Positions 1 through 9,308 are shown, numbered from the stretch's first letter. The stretch: DNA of 64,000 nt from Aquirhabdus sp. (GCA_030149815.1 JASLHI010000018.1:7330-71329); one strand, 5' to 3'. Notes: a model not told the origin generated them from the letters alone. Translations and numbers: made by a program.

Positions 1-197
1 ACCGCCCAATCCGCGTCCTCCGTGACGGCGTAGTCGTGTTCCAAGGTGAACTCGAATCATTGCGTCGCCATAAAGATGACGTCAATGAAGTGCGTGCAGG
101 CATCGAATGTGGTCTGGGTGTTAAGGGCTACAAGGACATTCAAGAACTCGATCAAATCGAAGTCTATGAAGTTCATGAGATTAAACGGAGTCTATAA
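1..197 (+). CDS. infB: Translation initiation factor IF-2, C-terminal fragment (5' truncated by window)
   Basis: Frame 3 reads [40 protein letters not shown]...[13 protein letters not shown], the typical IF-2 C-terminus; stop TAA at 195-197 overlaps the rbfA ATG. Confidence 0.96.
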   Translation, partial: RPIRVLRDGVVVFQGELESLRRHKDDVNEVRAGIECGLGVKGYKDIQELDQIEVYEVHEIKRSL

Positions 198-607
198 TGA
201 GTCAACGCTTACAGCGTATGGGTGATCAGGTTCAGCGCGAGCTGTCTGATCTCATCCGTATGGAACTCAAAGACCCGCGTCTGGGTGGTGGCATGGTCAC
301 CATCTCTGGCGTGAAAATTAGCTCTGATTTAGGCTACGCGGACGTCTACGTCACCGTGATGAATCGTGGTGAGCTGACCAATGATTTAACCGAACAAGCG
401 CATCAGGATACACTTGATTTATTGAATGGTGCAGCAGGTTTTATGCGCCAAGAGCTGGGACGTCGCATTAAAACTCGTTTTACGCCACGTTTGCGCTTTC
501 ACTATGACAAATCAACAGCGCATGGTAATTATATGGCTGCGTTGATTTCTGAAGCAGTTAAAGATTTACCTGCCGAAGATAGTTATGGTGTAGATGACTC
601 CAAATAA
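197..607 (+). CDS. rbfA: 30S ribosome-binding factor A
   Basis: [17 protein letters not shown]...KDPR...DLGYADVYVT...TPRLRFHYD motifs; directly follows infB. Confidence 0.97.
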   Translation: MSQRLQRMGDQVQRELSDLIRMELKDPRLGGGMVTISGVKISSDLGYADVYVTVMNRGELTNDLTEQAHQDTLDLLNGAAGFMRQELGRRIKTRFTPRLRFHYDKSTAHGNYMAALISEAVKDLPAEDSYGVDDSK

Positions 608-625
608 TTGTCCATTGATTTAAAT

Positions 626-650
626 AAAGACCGCCCTAGGGCGGTTTTTT
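626..650 (+). terminator. Rho-independent terminator after rbfA
   Basis: ACCGCCCTAGGGCGGT palindrome followed by a T run. Confidence 0.85.
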
Positions 651-880
651 GTTGATCAAAGGTTGCGTATGTTATTTATTTTTGGTTCATCACATGATGT
701 AGAAAAGTGCGTGTGACATAGAGATATCAACGGCTACACACTGAGTTTTCTGGAATTAACATTGTAACTACGGGTAAAAAAACAGACTTGATGATCCATC
801 AAAAATGGCCTATTGATTAATGATCAGCATTTTGATCAATGTTTCCTTAAATAATCCGTTTCACAATCTGGAGAAATAAA

Positions 881-1156
881 ATGGATGGACATGGCATCAT
901 TTACACCATCGTTATTGGCTTTATTGCGGGTCTACTGGCACGTGCCATTTATCCTGGAGATCAAAAACTCGGCATCATTCTGACCATTGTGTTAGGAATC
1001 GTCGGCTCATGGGTTGCCAATTTTCTTGGGAACGCATTGGGTTGGTATCATTCAGGCGATGTAGCAGGGCTCATAGGCTCGGTTACTGGAGCAATTATTG
1101 TTCTTGCTGTATACATTTTTGTTAATAAACAAATCAGCAATAATAATTCTCAATGA
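881..1156 (+). CDS. GlsB/YeaQ/YmgE family (transglycosylase-associated) small membrane protein
   Basis: 91 aa with three Gly-rich hydrophobic segments (IVIGFIAGLLARAIYPG, TIVLGIVGS, GLIGSVTGAIIVL); GGAG RBS. Confidence 0.88.
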   Translation: MDGHGIIYTIVIGFIAGLLARAIYPGDQKLGIILTIVLGIVGSWVANFLGNALGWYHSGDVAGLIGSVTGAIIVLAVYIFVNKQISNNNSQ

Positions 1157-1168
1157 TGCAGATCAACA

Positions 1169-1196
1169 AAATAAGCGGCGATATCGCCGCTTATTT
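1169..1196 (+). terminator. Terminator-like perfect palindrome
   Basis: AAATAAGCGGCGATATCGCCGCTTATTT, a 28-bp perfect inverted repeat after the stop codon. Confidence 0.75.
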
Positions 1197-1390
1197 ATTG
1201 TCTACAATGATAACAATATTAATTTATCTAATTGTTTTATTTAAATAAAAATTAAAATCAATAATATCCTAAATAACTTTCTTCTACAAATTCTATGATC
1301 ACTCCCAAAATGGCTAAATCTATTTTTGATTTAACCATACAAATTCTTGTTATTTATTTTCCAAAAATTTTTGTCCTAGACTATTTTCAA

Positions 1391-1404
1391 CTTGTTATGA
1401 CAAG
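1391..1404. promoter_or_regulatory. Probable GntR/HutC-type operator (autoregulatory)
   Basis: CTTGTTATGACAAG near-palindrome 11 bp upstream of the gntR ATG; fits the GT-N-AC core of HutC-subfamily operators. Confidence 0.6.
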
Positions 1405-1415
1405 ACTGAAATTTA

Positions 1416-2192
1416 ATGGAAACAACTGTCCTCAAAATCCTGACCCATAATTCAACACCGCTCTATTTGCAACTGCGTGAGGAGTTACGTTCGCGCATTC
1501 TCGACGGTCGTTATTCACCAGACAAGCAATTGCCCTCGGAAAATGAACTCTGCGCATTATTCCAAGTCAGTCGCATTACCGTGCGCCAAGCCTTAGGTGA
1601 TCTGCAAAAAGAAGGTTTGATTTTTAAGATTCATGGCAAAGGCACTTTCGTCGCTAAACCGAAAGCCTTTCAGAACGTAAGTCGTTTACAAGGTTTTGCC
1701 GAAGCCATGTCCAGCATGGGTTATGAAATTATTAATCGCTTGCAAAATTTTAGCTTTGTTCCAGCAAATGCAATCGTTGCAGCACGGCTGAAAATTAGTG
1801 AAGGCAGCATCGTTACCGAAATTAAACGTGTTCGTTTACTCAACCGTGAACCTGTTTCTCTCGAAGTCACTTATGTATCTGAGGCAATTGGTCTGCAATT
1901 GCAGAAAGCTGATTTAGTGACGCGAGATATTTTTTTAATTCTTGAGAATGACTACCAGATTGCACTTGGTCATGCCGAATTGAGCATTGATGCTGTGCTG
2001 GCTGATGAGGACTTGAATACGGCGCTAGCCGTCGAAGAAGGTTCTCCCATTTTGCGTATCGAACGTCTGACTCACGATGTTCAGGGTCGACCAATTGATT
2101 TTGAATACCTGTACTTCCGTGGAGATGCATTCCAATACCGCTTACAGATTGATCGTCAATCCACCGACAAAAACACTACCGATCCAATTTAA
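1416..2192 (+). CDS. GntR/HutC-family transcriptional regulator (wHTH + UTRA)
   Basis: PLYLQL...LPSENELCALFQVSRITVRQAL...GKGTFV; C-terminal UTRA-like domain. Confidence 0.93.
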   Translation: METTVLKILTHNSTPLYLQLREELRSRILDGRYSPDKQLPSENELCALFQVSRITVRQALGDLQKEGLIFKIHGKGTFVAKPKAFQNVSRLQGFAEAMSSMGYEIINRLQNFSFVPANAIVAARLKISEGSIVTEIKRVRLLNREPVSLEVTYVSEAIGLQLQKADLVTRDIFLILENDYQIALGHAELSIDAVLADEDLNTALAVEEGSPILRIERLTHDVQGRPIDFEYLYFRGDAFQYRLQIDRQSTDKNTTDPI

Positions 2193-2202
2193 GAGATACA
2201 TC

Positions 2203-3951
2203 ATGACAGCACAACCTATCACAACACATGAATTGGAATACGACATCGTCGTCGTTGGTGGTGGTACAGCGGGACCAATGGCAGCAATCAAAGCTAAAGA
2301 ACTCAATCCAAACCTAAAGATTCTGTTGATCGACAAAGCCAATGTGAAACGAAGCGGCGCGATTTCCATGGGTATGGATGGTCTGAATAACGCCATCATT
2401 CCAGGACATGCTACGCCAGAACAGTACACCAAGGAAATTACGGCAGCTAATGACGGTATCGTCAATCAAGCCACTGTCTACGCCTATGCCAAGCACAGTT
2501 TTACTACGATTGAGCAGCTTGACCGTTGGGGCGTGAAATTTGAAAAAGACGAAACTGGCGATTATGCCGTCAAAAAAGTGCATCACATGGGGTCATACGT
2601 CCTCCCAATGCCTGAAGGTCATGACATCAAAAAAGTGCTGTATCGCCAACTGAAACGCGCTCGCATTGCCATCAGTAATCGCATCGTCACGACACGATTG
2701 CTGACCGATAGCCAAGGCGCGGTAAATGGTGTGATGGGCTTTGATTGTCGCACAGCTGATTTCTATGTGATTCGCGCCAAAGCAGTGATTTTGAGCTGCG
2801 GCGCGGCAGGCCGTTTGGGCTTACCTTCTTCGGGTTATTTGATGGGGACTTATGAAAATCCAACCAATGCAGGTGATGGCTATGCGATGGCATATCACGC
2901 AGGCGCAGAACTGTCGAATCTGGAATGCTTCCAGATCAATCCGCTGATTAAGGATTACAACGGTCCTGCATGTGCATACGTCACGGGCCCGCTCGGTGGT
3001 TATACCGCCAATAACAAAGGTCAACGCTTCATTGAATGTGATTATTGGAGCGGGCAAATGATGTGGGAGTTCTATCAGGAACTCGAAGGTGGCAATGGAC
3101 CAGTCTTTCTTAAACTCGATCATTTAGCGGAAGAAACCATTCAAACGATTGAAACCATTCTGCATACCAATGAACGTCCGAGTCGTGGCCGTTTTCATGA
3201 AGGTCGCAACACCGATTACCGCCAAGACATGGTTGAGATGCACATTTCTGAAATTGGTTTTTGCAGTGGTCACAGCGCATCTGGTGTTTGGGTCAATGAA
3301 CGTGCCGAAACTTCGGTGAAAGGTCTGTATTCCGCTGGCGATATGGCTGCTGTACCGCATAACTACATGCTAGGTGCATTCACTTATGGCTGGTTTGCTG
3401 GGGTAAATGCCGCACAGTATGTGATTGAACGCGAATTTACTGCGCTTGATGCAGAGCAAATCGAGAAGGAGCGTGCACGCGTTTATGCACCGCTGCATCG
3501 CGAACGTGGATTATCTCCAGCACAAGTGGAATACAAACTGCGCCGCATGGTCAATGACTACCTTCAGCCGCCAAAAGTCACGGCAAAGATGGAAATCGGC
3601 CTACGCCGATTCGAAGAAATTGCCGAAGATTTGCAATATTTACGTGCAGAAAATCCGCATGAACTCATGCGCGCAGCTGAAGTTTCAGTCATTCGTGATT
3701 GCGCAGAAATGGCAGCGCGCGCATCGCTGTTCCGTACCGAAAGTCGTTGGGGTTTGTATCACTACCGCGCTGATTTTCCGCAGCGGAACGATGCCGATTG
3801 GTTCTGCCACGCCCATCTGAAAAAAGACCAAAACGGTCAAATGACTAGCTTTAAGAAACCCGTTGAGCCTTACATCATCGCCATCGATAGCGATGAAAAA
3901 CAGGCTTATCAAAAACTCCGCGTCAGCGATGAAGAATTGGCAATTGCCTAA
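2203..3951 (+). CDS. FAD-dependent oxidoreductase, fumarate reductase/APS reductase alpha-subunit family (AprA/AsfA-like)
   Basis: GGGTAG Rossmann motif, DKANVKRSGA, GDGYAMAYHAGA, GLYSAGD, RTESRWGLYHYRADFP; start moved to ATG 2203, just after the gntR stop. Confidence 0.85.
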   Translation: MTAQPITTHELEYDIVVVGGGTAGPMAAIKAKELNPNLKILLIDKANVKRSGAISMGMDGLNNAIIPGHATPEQYTKEITAANDGIVNQATVYAYAKHSFTTIEQLDRWGVKFEKDETGDYAVKKVHHMGSYVLPMPEGHDIKKVLYRQLKRARIAISNRIVTTRLLTDSQGAVNGVMGFDCRTADFYVIRAKAVILSCGAAGRLGLPSSGYLMGTYENPTNAGDGYAMAYHAGAELSNLECFQINPLIKDYNGPACAYVTGPLGGYTANNKGQRFIECDYWSGQMMWEFYQELEGGNGPVFLKLDHLAEETIQTIETILHTNERPSRGRFHEGRNTDYRQDMVEMHISEIGFCSGHSASGVWVNERAETSVKGLYSAGDMAAVPHNYMLGAFTYGWFAGVNAAQYVIEREFTALDAEQIEKERARVYAPLHRERGLSPAQVEYKLRRMVNDYLQPPKVTAKMEIGLRRFEEIAEDLQYLRAENPHELMRAAEVSVIRDCAEMAARASLFRTESRWGLYHYRADFPQRNDADWFCHAHLKKDQNGQMTSFKKPVEPYIIAIDSDEKQAYQKLRVSDEELAIA

Positions 3952-3956
3952 AGGAC

Positions 3957-4208
3957 ATGATGATGAATTTTATTCCCCACGATATCAGCCAGCGTTCTAG
4001 CGCACCTGTTTTGATTGATGAAGACAAATGTATCGCCCACAAAGGCTGCACGGTATGCGTCGATGTCTGCCCGATGGATCTACTGGTAATTGATTCTGTA
4101 AAGAAAAAAGCTGTCATGCAATTTGATGAATGCTGGTATTGCATGCCCTGCGAGACCGACTGCCCAACAGATGCCGTACGGGTCAACATCCCGTATTTAT
4201 TGAAATAA
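3957..4208 (+). CDS. 2x[4Fe-4S] ferredoxin (AprB/AsfB-like)
   Basis: CIAHKGCTVCVDVCP and CWYCMPCETDCP cysteine clusters. Confidence 0.9.
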   Translation: MMMNFIPHDISQRSSAPVLIDEDKCIAHKGCTVCVDVCPMDLLVIDSVKKKAVMQFDECWYCMPCETDCPTDAVRVNIPYLLK

Positions 4209-4267
4209 TTTTAGCCAAATCAATCCTATTTTCACCTAACAACTGAACTAAAAGATACGAGGAAAAA

Positions 4268-5659
4268 ATGAATATACGCCAACTGACACTCAGTTTACTC
4301 ATCGCAACAGGCATCTCAAGTGTGCATGCTGAAACCATTCGCGTTGCCATCGGCACACAAGACACCACCATTAATTGTGCGACTGGTGGTTTGTTAATTC
4401 GTGATCTGCACTTGCTGGAAAAATATCTGCCACATGATGGCAAATACAAAGACGTGCAGTACGACATCGAATGGAAAAACTTTACTTCTGGCGCACCGCT
4501 GACCAATGAAATGGTCGCAGGACGTCTGGATATCGGTGCAATGGCTGATTTTCCAGGTTCACTGAATGGTGCAGCATTTCAAAAAGCAGGTAAGAAAAGT
4601 ATTTTCTTGAGCGTCCTTTCAGGCAGCACGATCGGTAGCGGGAATGGCATCGTAGTGCCAAAAAACTCTCCCGTTCAGTCTATCCGTGATTTGAAAGGTA
4701 AAACCATTTCCGTGCCTTTTGCATCGACCTCACACGGCTTGTTATTGCGTGCGATTAAAGCGCAGGGCTGGGATCCAGACAAAGATGTTCAAATCATTAC
4801 CCAAGCGCCAGAAGTCGCTGGATCTGCGTTACAAAGCGGCAAGATTGACGCACACGCAGACTTTGTTCCGTTCGCTGATTTGTTCCCTTATCGCGGTTTT
4901 GCGCGCAAGATTTATGATGGATCTCAAGCCAATGCACCGACTTTTCACGGCAGTTTAGTTGCAGATGATTATGCAAAAAAATATCCAGAAATTGTCATCG
5001 CGTATTTACGTGCTGCCATCGAAGCCAACCGTTTAATCAGTGAAGATCCTGAGAAATACAGCGAAATCATTGCTAAAGATACAGGTATTGAACCTGAAGT
5101 CGTGTACCTGTTCCACGGACCGCTTGGCCTGCAAACTCGCGACTTTACATGGAAGCCTGAATATCGTCAGGCACTCAAGACATCGATTGAAACTCTGAAA
5201 TTACTCAAGAAAACTGATGTGGATCTTGATACTAACAGTTTCATTGATGATCACTATCTCCGTGAAGCGTTCAAAGCATCAGGGCTGGATTACGATGCCG
5301 CGCTGAAAAACTACAGCAAATTACCACTCAAAGCCAAAGATGCAACAACAGGCAAACCCATTACCGACTTTAAGCGAGTCACCCAAATCTGGGTAGATGG
5401 CGAACCTAAAGTACGCAGCTACGCTTCTCCAGAATCCGCTTTTATTGATCTGAAAAAATTCAATCAATCAGGCAAAAAGATTCGTGTGATCTATGCCCAA
5501 GATCGCAATAGCGGCATTAAGTTGTTTGCCGATGAAGCGTGGTTTGCCCGTGAAAAAAGTGGTCAACTCGAAGCATTTTTGCTGAAAGGACAAGCCGAAG
5601 ATTGGGTGAAAGCGCATGGTGGCACGGTGCTCGACTTTAACACCGCGAAAGGTAAATAA
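4268..5659 (+). CDS. ABC transporter substrate-binding protein (SsuA/TauA/NitT family) with an extra C-terminal domain
   Basis: Signal peptide, EWKNFTSGAPLTNEMVAGRLDIG, DLKGKTISVP; 463 aa is longer than typical SsuA. Confidence 0.88.
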   Translation: MNIRQLTLSLLIATGISSVHAETIRVAIGTQDTTINCATGGLLIRDLHLLEKYLPHDGKYKDVQYDIEWKNFTSGAPLTNEMVAGRLDIGAMADFPGSLNGAAFQKAGKKSIFLSVLSGSTIGSGNGIVVPKNSPVQSIRDLKGKTISVPFASTSHGLLLRAIKAQGWDPDKDVQIITQAPEVAGSALQSGKIDAHADFVPFADLFPYRGFARKIYDGSQANAPTFHGSLVADDYAKKYPEIVIAYLRAAIEANRLISEDPEKYSEIIAKDTGIEPEVVYLFHGPLGLQTRDFTWKPEYRQALKTSIETLKLLKKTDVDLDTNSFIDDHYLREAFKASGLDYDAALKNYSKLPLKAKDATTGKPITDFKRVTQIWVDGEPKVRSYASPESAFIDLKKFNQSGKKIRVIYAQDRNSGIKLFADEAWFAREKSGQLEAFLLKGQAEDWVKAHGGTVLDFNTAKGK

Positions 5660-5762
5660 ACATCTTGGGTCAATCATTGAAGTGATGTTGTTTTGGCTAA
5701 TTATGCAAAGCAACTGTCATTTCAACTCACCCAAATCATTGATTGATAAATAGGTTAGGATC

Positions 5763-6593
5763 ATGAGCGTTGCCATCGGTACGACTAGCATCAGACGCTT
5801 TAACGTGAAACACGTCCAGTTTGGCAGCCTGTTGCTGCGTACAACATCGGTCTTGACTTGTGTATTGTTCTGGTTTCTTGCAGTCAAATTTCACTTAAAT
5901 CTGGGCTTCATCACCTTCGCCAATGTGCCATCGCCACACGATGTGATCAGTGCCGCATGGGATTTACTCCATTCACCTAAACTGTGGTCGCATATCAGTA
6001 GTAGTGTCTATCGCGTATTAGCAGGATTTATAGCAGCTGGATTAATTGGCGTGAGCTTAGGACTGATTATTGGTCGATCAAAATTTGCGGCTAATACTTT
6101 ATTACCACCACTCGAAATTCTACGTCCAATTCCTGCGGTGGCATGGATTCCATTGGCAATCCTGATGTTTCCATCGGGTGAATTTTCCATGATTTTCATT
6201 ACCTTCACGGGTGCACTTTTTCCAATTCTGTTGAATACCATTCATGGCGTAGAAGGTGTGGATGCCCGCCTGATCGCTTCGGCACGTAGTTTAGGCGGTA
6301 CTCGTTTTGCGATTTTTAGGGAAGTGATCTTTCCCGCAGCAGCGCCCAATATCATTACAGGGTTATCGATTGGCATGGGCACATGCTGGTTTTGTCTGGT
6401 TACCGCTGAGATGATTTCTGGGCAATTTGGCATTGGCTATTACACATGGGAATCCTACACCTTGCAAAACTATCCCGATATTGTCGTGGGCATGTTGATG
6501 ATCGGTATCCTCGGCATGGGGAGTAGTGTGCTGATTAAGAAAATAGGGCATTGGCTGATGCCTTGGCATCAACCGCAGAAAAAACTCGCCTAA
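5763..6593 (+). CDS. ABC transporter permease (SsuC/TauC family)
   Basis: LRPIPAVAWIPL, EAA-like loop IASARSLGG, LVTAEM. Confidence 0.92.
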   Translation: MSVAIGTTSIRRFNVKHVQFGSLLLRTTSVLTCVLFWFLAVKFHLNLGFITFANVPSPHDVISAAWDLLHSPKLWSHISSSVYRVLAGFIAAGLIGVSLGLIIGRSKFAANTLLPPLEILRPIPAVAWIPLAILMFPSGEFSMIFITFTGALFPILLNTIHGVEGVDARLIASARSLGGTRFAIFREVIFPAAAPNIITGLSIGMGTCWFCLVTAEMISGQFGIGYYTWESYTLQNYPDIVVGMLMIGILGMGSSVLIKKIGHWLMPWHQPQKKLA

Positions 6594-6600
6594 GGAGAAA

Positions 6601-7470
6601 ATGATGACGATTACAAATCACCAAATCGCAGAAAACGGTCACATTGAGATTGATCAGCTTCATATTCATCTAGGACAGGGGAATGCACGTTTTGAAGCCC
6701 TGCAAAACGTTGACTTTAATATCGAACCGGGTGAATTTGTCTGTATTCTTGGCCCATCAGGATGTGGTAAATCGACATTGCTCGGAGCATTGGCAGGCCA
6801 TTTACAACCCAGTCATGGTCAAATCACTGTTGATGGTCAATCAGTCAGTACGCCGCATCCAAACCGTGGTTTAGTCTTCCAGCAACACACGCTTTTTCCA
6901 TGGAAAAATGTGCTGGAAAATGTCGCTTTTGGTTTAAAAATGAAAGGCATTCCTCGTAACCAAAGACTTGAGCAAGCACGTCAATTATTAGCATTGGTGG
7001 GATTGTCTGGCTTTGAAAACCATTATCCGTCACAACTGTCAGGCGGTATGCAACAGCGCGTTGAAATCGCACGTGTCCTCATCAACCATCCGCATGTCTT
7101 GCTCATGGATGAACCGTTTGGTGCATTAGATGCGCAAACTCGCTCTATGATGCAAGAGCTTCTTCTCGATGTTTGGGCACGAATTCGTACGACGGTTGTC
7201 TTCATTACCCATGATATTGATGAAGCACTGTTTCTTGCGGATCGAATTCTGGTGATGAGCCCACGTCCAGGTCGCATTATTGATGAATTAAAACTGGATT
7301 TTGTGCGTCCGCGTCGCTCAGAACTGCTGACCTCACCGCATTTTATGCAGCTAAAACGCCATTGTCTTGATCTGCTGCGTCATCAACATGATGCAGGAAA
7401 TCTCGTTGAGCTTGAAAGACTTTCACCACTTCACCAAGATCAACTCAACAAGCCGCGTTTGGCCGTTTAA
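6601..7470 (+). CDS. ABC transporter ATP-binding protein (SsuB/TauB family)
   Basis: Walker A GPSGCGKST, LSGGMQQR, LLMDEPFGALDAQTR, ITHDIDEA. Confidence 0.95.
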   Translation: MMTITNHQIAENGHIEIDQLHIHLGQGNARFEALQNVDFNIEPGEFVCILGPSGCGKSTLLGALAGHLQPSHGQITVDGQSVSTPHPNRGLVFQQHTLFPWKNVLENVAFGLKMKGIPRNQRLEQARQLLALVGLSGFENHYPSQLSGGMQQRVEIARVLINHPHVLLMDEPFGALDAQTRSMMQELLLDVWARIRTTVVFITHDIDEALFLADRILVMSPRPGRIIDELKLDFVRPRRSELLTSPHFMQLKRHCLDLLRHQHDAGNLVELERLSPLHQDQLNKPRLAV

Positions 7471-7507
7471 AGATTAAATACAAGCTTCAAAGAATAGGAA
7501 AGAACCT

Positions 7508-8488
7508 ATGAGCCATAACTCAGATAATTGGATTGACGATGAACTTGCTGAAATTCAAGAACGACTCAACAGCGATGATGCCGTGATTCGTCGCATTGCT
7601 TTGCTTGACCTTGCCGATCTGGATGACAGCAATACGATTGCTTGGTTTGTGCAGGCATTGCGTGACGATACAGCCGAAACCGTCCGTCAAGAAGCGGCAC
7701 GACTCCTTGCGGCATGGGAAAATGATAGTGTCGTTGAAGCGCTGTGCCACGCATTAGTCGATACCAACGAATACGTCCGTGAGACTGCTGCACAAAGCCT
7801 CAGTGAATTTAAAGACCCTCAATCTGGGCACATCATTTTGCCATGGACACTGCATACGGACACTTCCGTTCGAATTGCAGCATTACGCGCACTACGCGAG
7901 CTCCGTTTACCTGAAAGCCTCGACAGCGCCTTACTCAATCTCGATCATGAACATCATGCTGTTCGCCGTGAAGCAGTAGGCGTACTTGGTTGGTTAAAGA
8001 TTTCGGATGCTTTACCACGTTTAGCACAAATCGCAAATCAAGATAGCAGTGCCGAAGTTCGCCGTATTGCAACAGGCGCACTCGGTTATGCAGATAATCA
8101 AAACGTTCTGCCATCTTTACTAAAATCACTTAACGATGACATCTGGCAGGTACGTGAAGAAGCAGCACATACGCTTGGAAAATTACGTTTAGTTGATACA
8201 TCAGCAGCACTGATTAATGCTTTACATGATGAATATTGGCAAGTTCGTATTCATGCTGCACGCAGTTTAGGTAAGTTAAAAGATCAAACCGCAACATACG
8301 CTTTGCTCGATACCCTGCAACACCCCATCAGCAACTTACGCAAAGAAGCTGCACTGGCATTAGGTGAAATTGGCAACAACAAAGCACAACAAGGTTTGGA
8401 AAATACGCTATCCGATAGCGATCCAGAAGTTAGAAAAGCCGTACGTATCGCGCTAGCCCAATTGAACCACACTTACACGATTGGATAA
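7508..8488 (+). CDS. HEAT-repeat (PBS lyase-like) protein
   Basis: Repeated ~31-aa units of the form L.D....VR..AA..LG.L. Confidence 0.9.
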   Translation: MSHNSDNWIDDELAEIQERLNSDDAVIRRIALLDLADLDDSNTIAWFVQALRDDTAETVRQEAARLLAAWENDSVVEALCHALVDTNEYVRETAAQSLSEFKDPQSGHIILPWTLHTDTSVRIAALRALRELRLPESLDSALLNLDHEHHAVRREAVGVLGWLKISDALPRLAQIANQDSSAEVRRIATGALGYADNQNVLPSLLKSLNDDIWQVREEAAHTLGKLRLVDTSAALINALHDEYWQVRIHAARSLGKLKDQTATYALLDTLQHPISNLRKEAALALGEIGNNKAQQGLENTLSDSDPEVRKAVRIALAQLNHTYTIG

Positions 8489-8498
8489 GAGATTGAGT

Positions 8499-8774
8499 AT
8501 GAAACCCTCTGCAATTCTCAATGACACAACCTCACACACACTGATACTGACATGGGCAGATGGTGCTATCCAGAACATCAATCACGGCACATTACGAGCT
8601 GCATGTCAGTGCGCCTTTTGCCGATCATACCGCCTCAAGGACGAAATTATTCCAGAAAACCCCTTACAACTCATTACCGAAATTCACTCACATGGTTATG
8701 GTCTGCAATTGGTCTTTGATGATGGTCATGATCGTGGCATTTATCCTTGGCAATATTTGCGCTCAATCAACTAA
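8499..8774 (+). CDS. DUF971 / GBBH-like N-terminal domain protein
   Basis: LILTWADG, LRAACQCAFCR, GYGLQLVFDDGHDRGIYPW. Confidence 0.85.
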   Translation: MKPSAILNDTTSHTLILTWADGAIQNINHGTLRAACQCAFCRSYRLKDEIIPENPLQLITEIHSHGYGLQLVFDDGHDRGIYPWQYLRSIN

Positions 8775-8820
8775 TTGAAATCCTGTCGGACAATACCAAC
8801 GACTCATACTGGAAATTTAA

Positions 8821-8884
8821 AAGTGTATCGTCTAATGTATCGATATATTTTTTAAAATACACTGCGATACACTCATGAATACAC
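8821..8884. repeat. Repeat module 1 (GTATCG x2, AATACAC, CGATACACTCATGAATACAC) overlapping the start of the HTH gene
   Basis: GTATCG at 8825 and 8837; AATACACT at 8856; 20-mer at 8865-8884 recurs exactly at 9090-9109. Confidence 0.8.
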
Positions 8885-9273
8885 CAACTAATTTGACCAT
8901 TTCAGCCGCTGCAAAACTTTATGGCAAGAGCAGAGCAACCCTCTACAAAGCAATAGATAGCGGATTTTTATCACAAAATAATGATGGAAAAGTCAACTTA
9001 AGCGAACTCATTCGTGTCTATGGAGAAGTCGGAAACAAGACCGTGGTGACACATGAAAAACGTATCGAAGACGTATCGACAATACAACACGATACACTCA
9101 TGAATACACTTTTAAAAGAGCGTTTGGATCGGATTGAATCGTTAGAAAGACAACTTGCCATCAAGGATGAACAGCTTGCTCAACTTCATGGCACCATCAA
9201 ATTATTAGAATACAAATCAGAACAAACCTCGTCGAAATCACTACTTGATCGCATCAAACAATTTATCGCCTAA
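8875..9273 (+). CDS. Plasmid-type DNA-binding protein (N-terminal HTH, coiled coil, amphipathic C-terminus); OrfX/Exc1/pSK1 Par-like architecture
   Basis: LTISAAAKLYGKSRATLYKAIDSG...VNLSELIRVYG HTH; heptad segment LKERLDRIESLERQLAIKDEQLAQLH; tail KSLLDRIKQFIA. Confidence 0.75.
   Translation: MNTPTNLTISAAAKLYGKSRATLYKAIDSGFLSQNNDGKVNLSELIRVYGEVGNKTVVTHEKRIEDVSTIQHDTLMNTLLKERLDRIESLERQLAIKDEQLAQLHGTIKLLEYKSEQTSSKSLLDRIKQFIA
9060..9110. repeat. Repeat module 2, inside the HTH gene linker
   Basis: ACGTATCG x2 (9060, 9071), AATACA (9081), CGATACACTCATGAATACAC (9090-9109). Confidence 0.8.
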
Positions 9274-9308
9274 ATAAAAATTGCGCAAATTGAATGCGCT
9301 AACCACTG

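Noticed and set aside
788..802. TTGATGATCCATCAA as an FNR box
   Set aside because: Spacer is 5 nt rather than the required 4
2077..2202. ORF-track N-terminal extension of the flavoprotein
   Set aside because: Overlaps gntR; recognisable sequence starts after ATG 2203
5797..5812. GCTTTAACGTGAAACA as a fourth parS
   Set aside because: Three mismatches to consensus; only one good half-site
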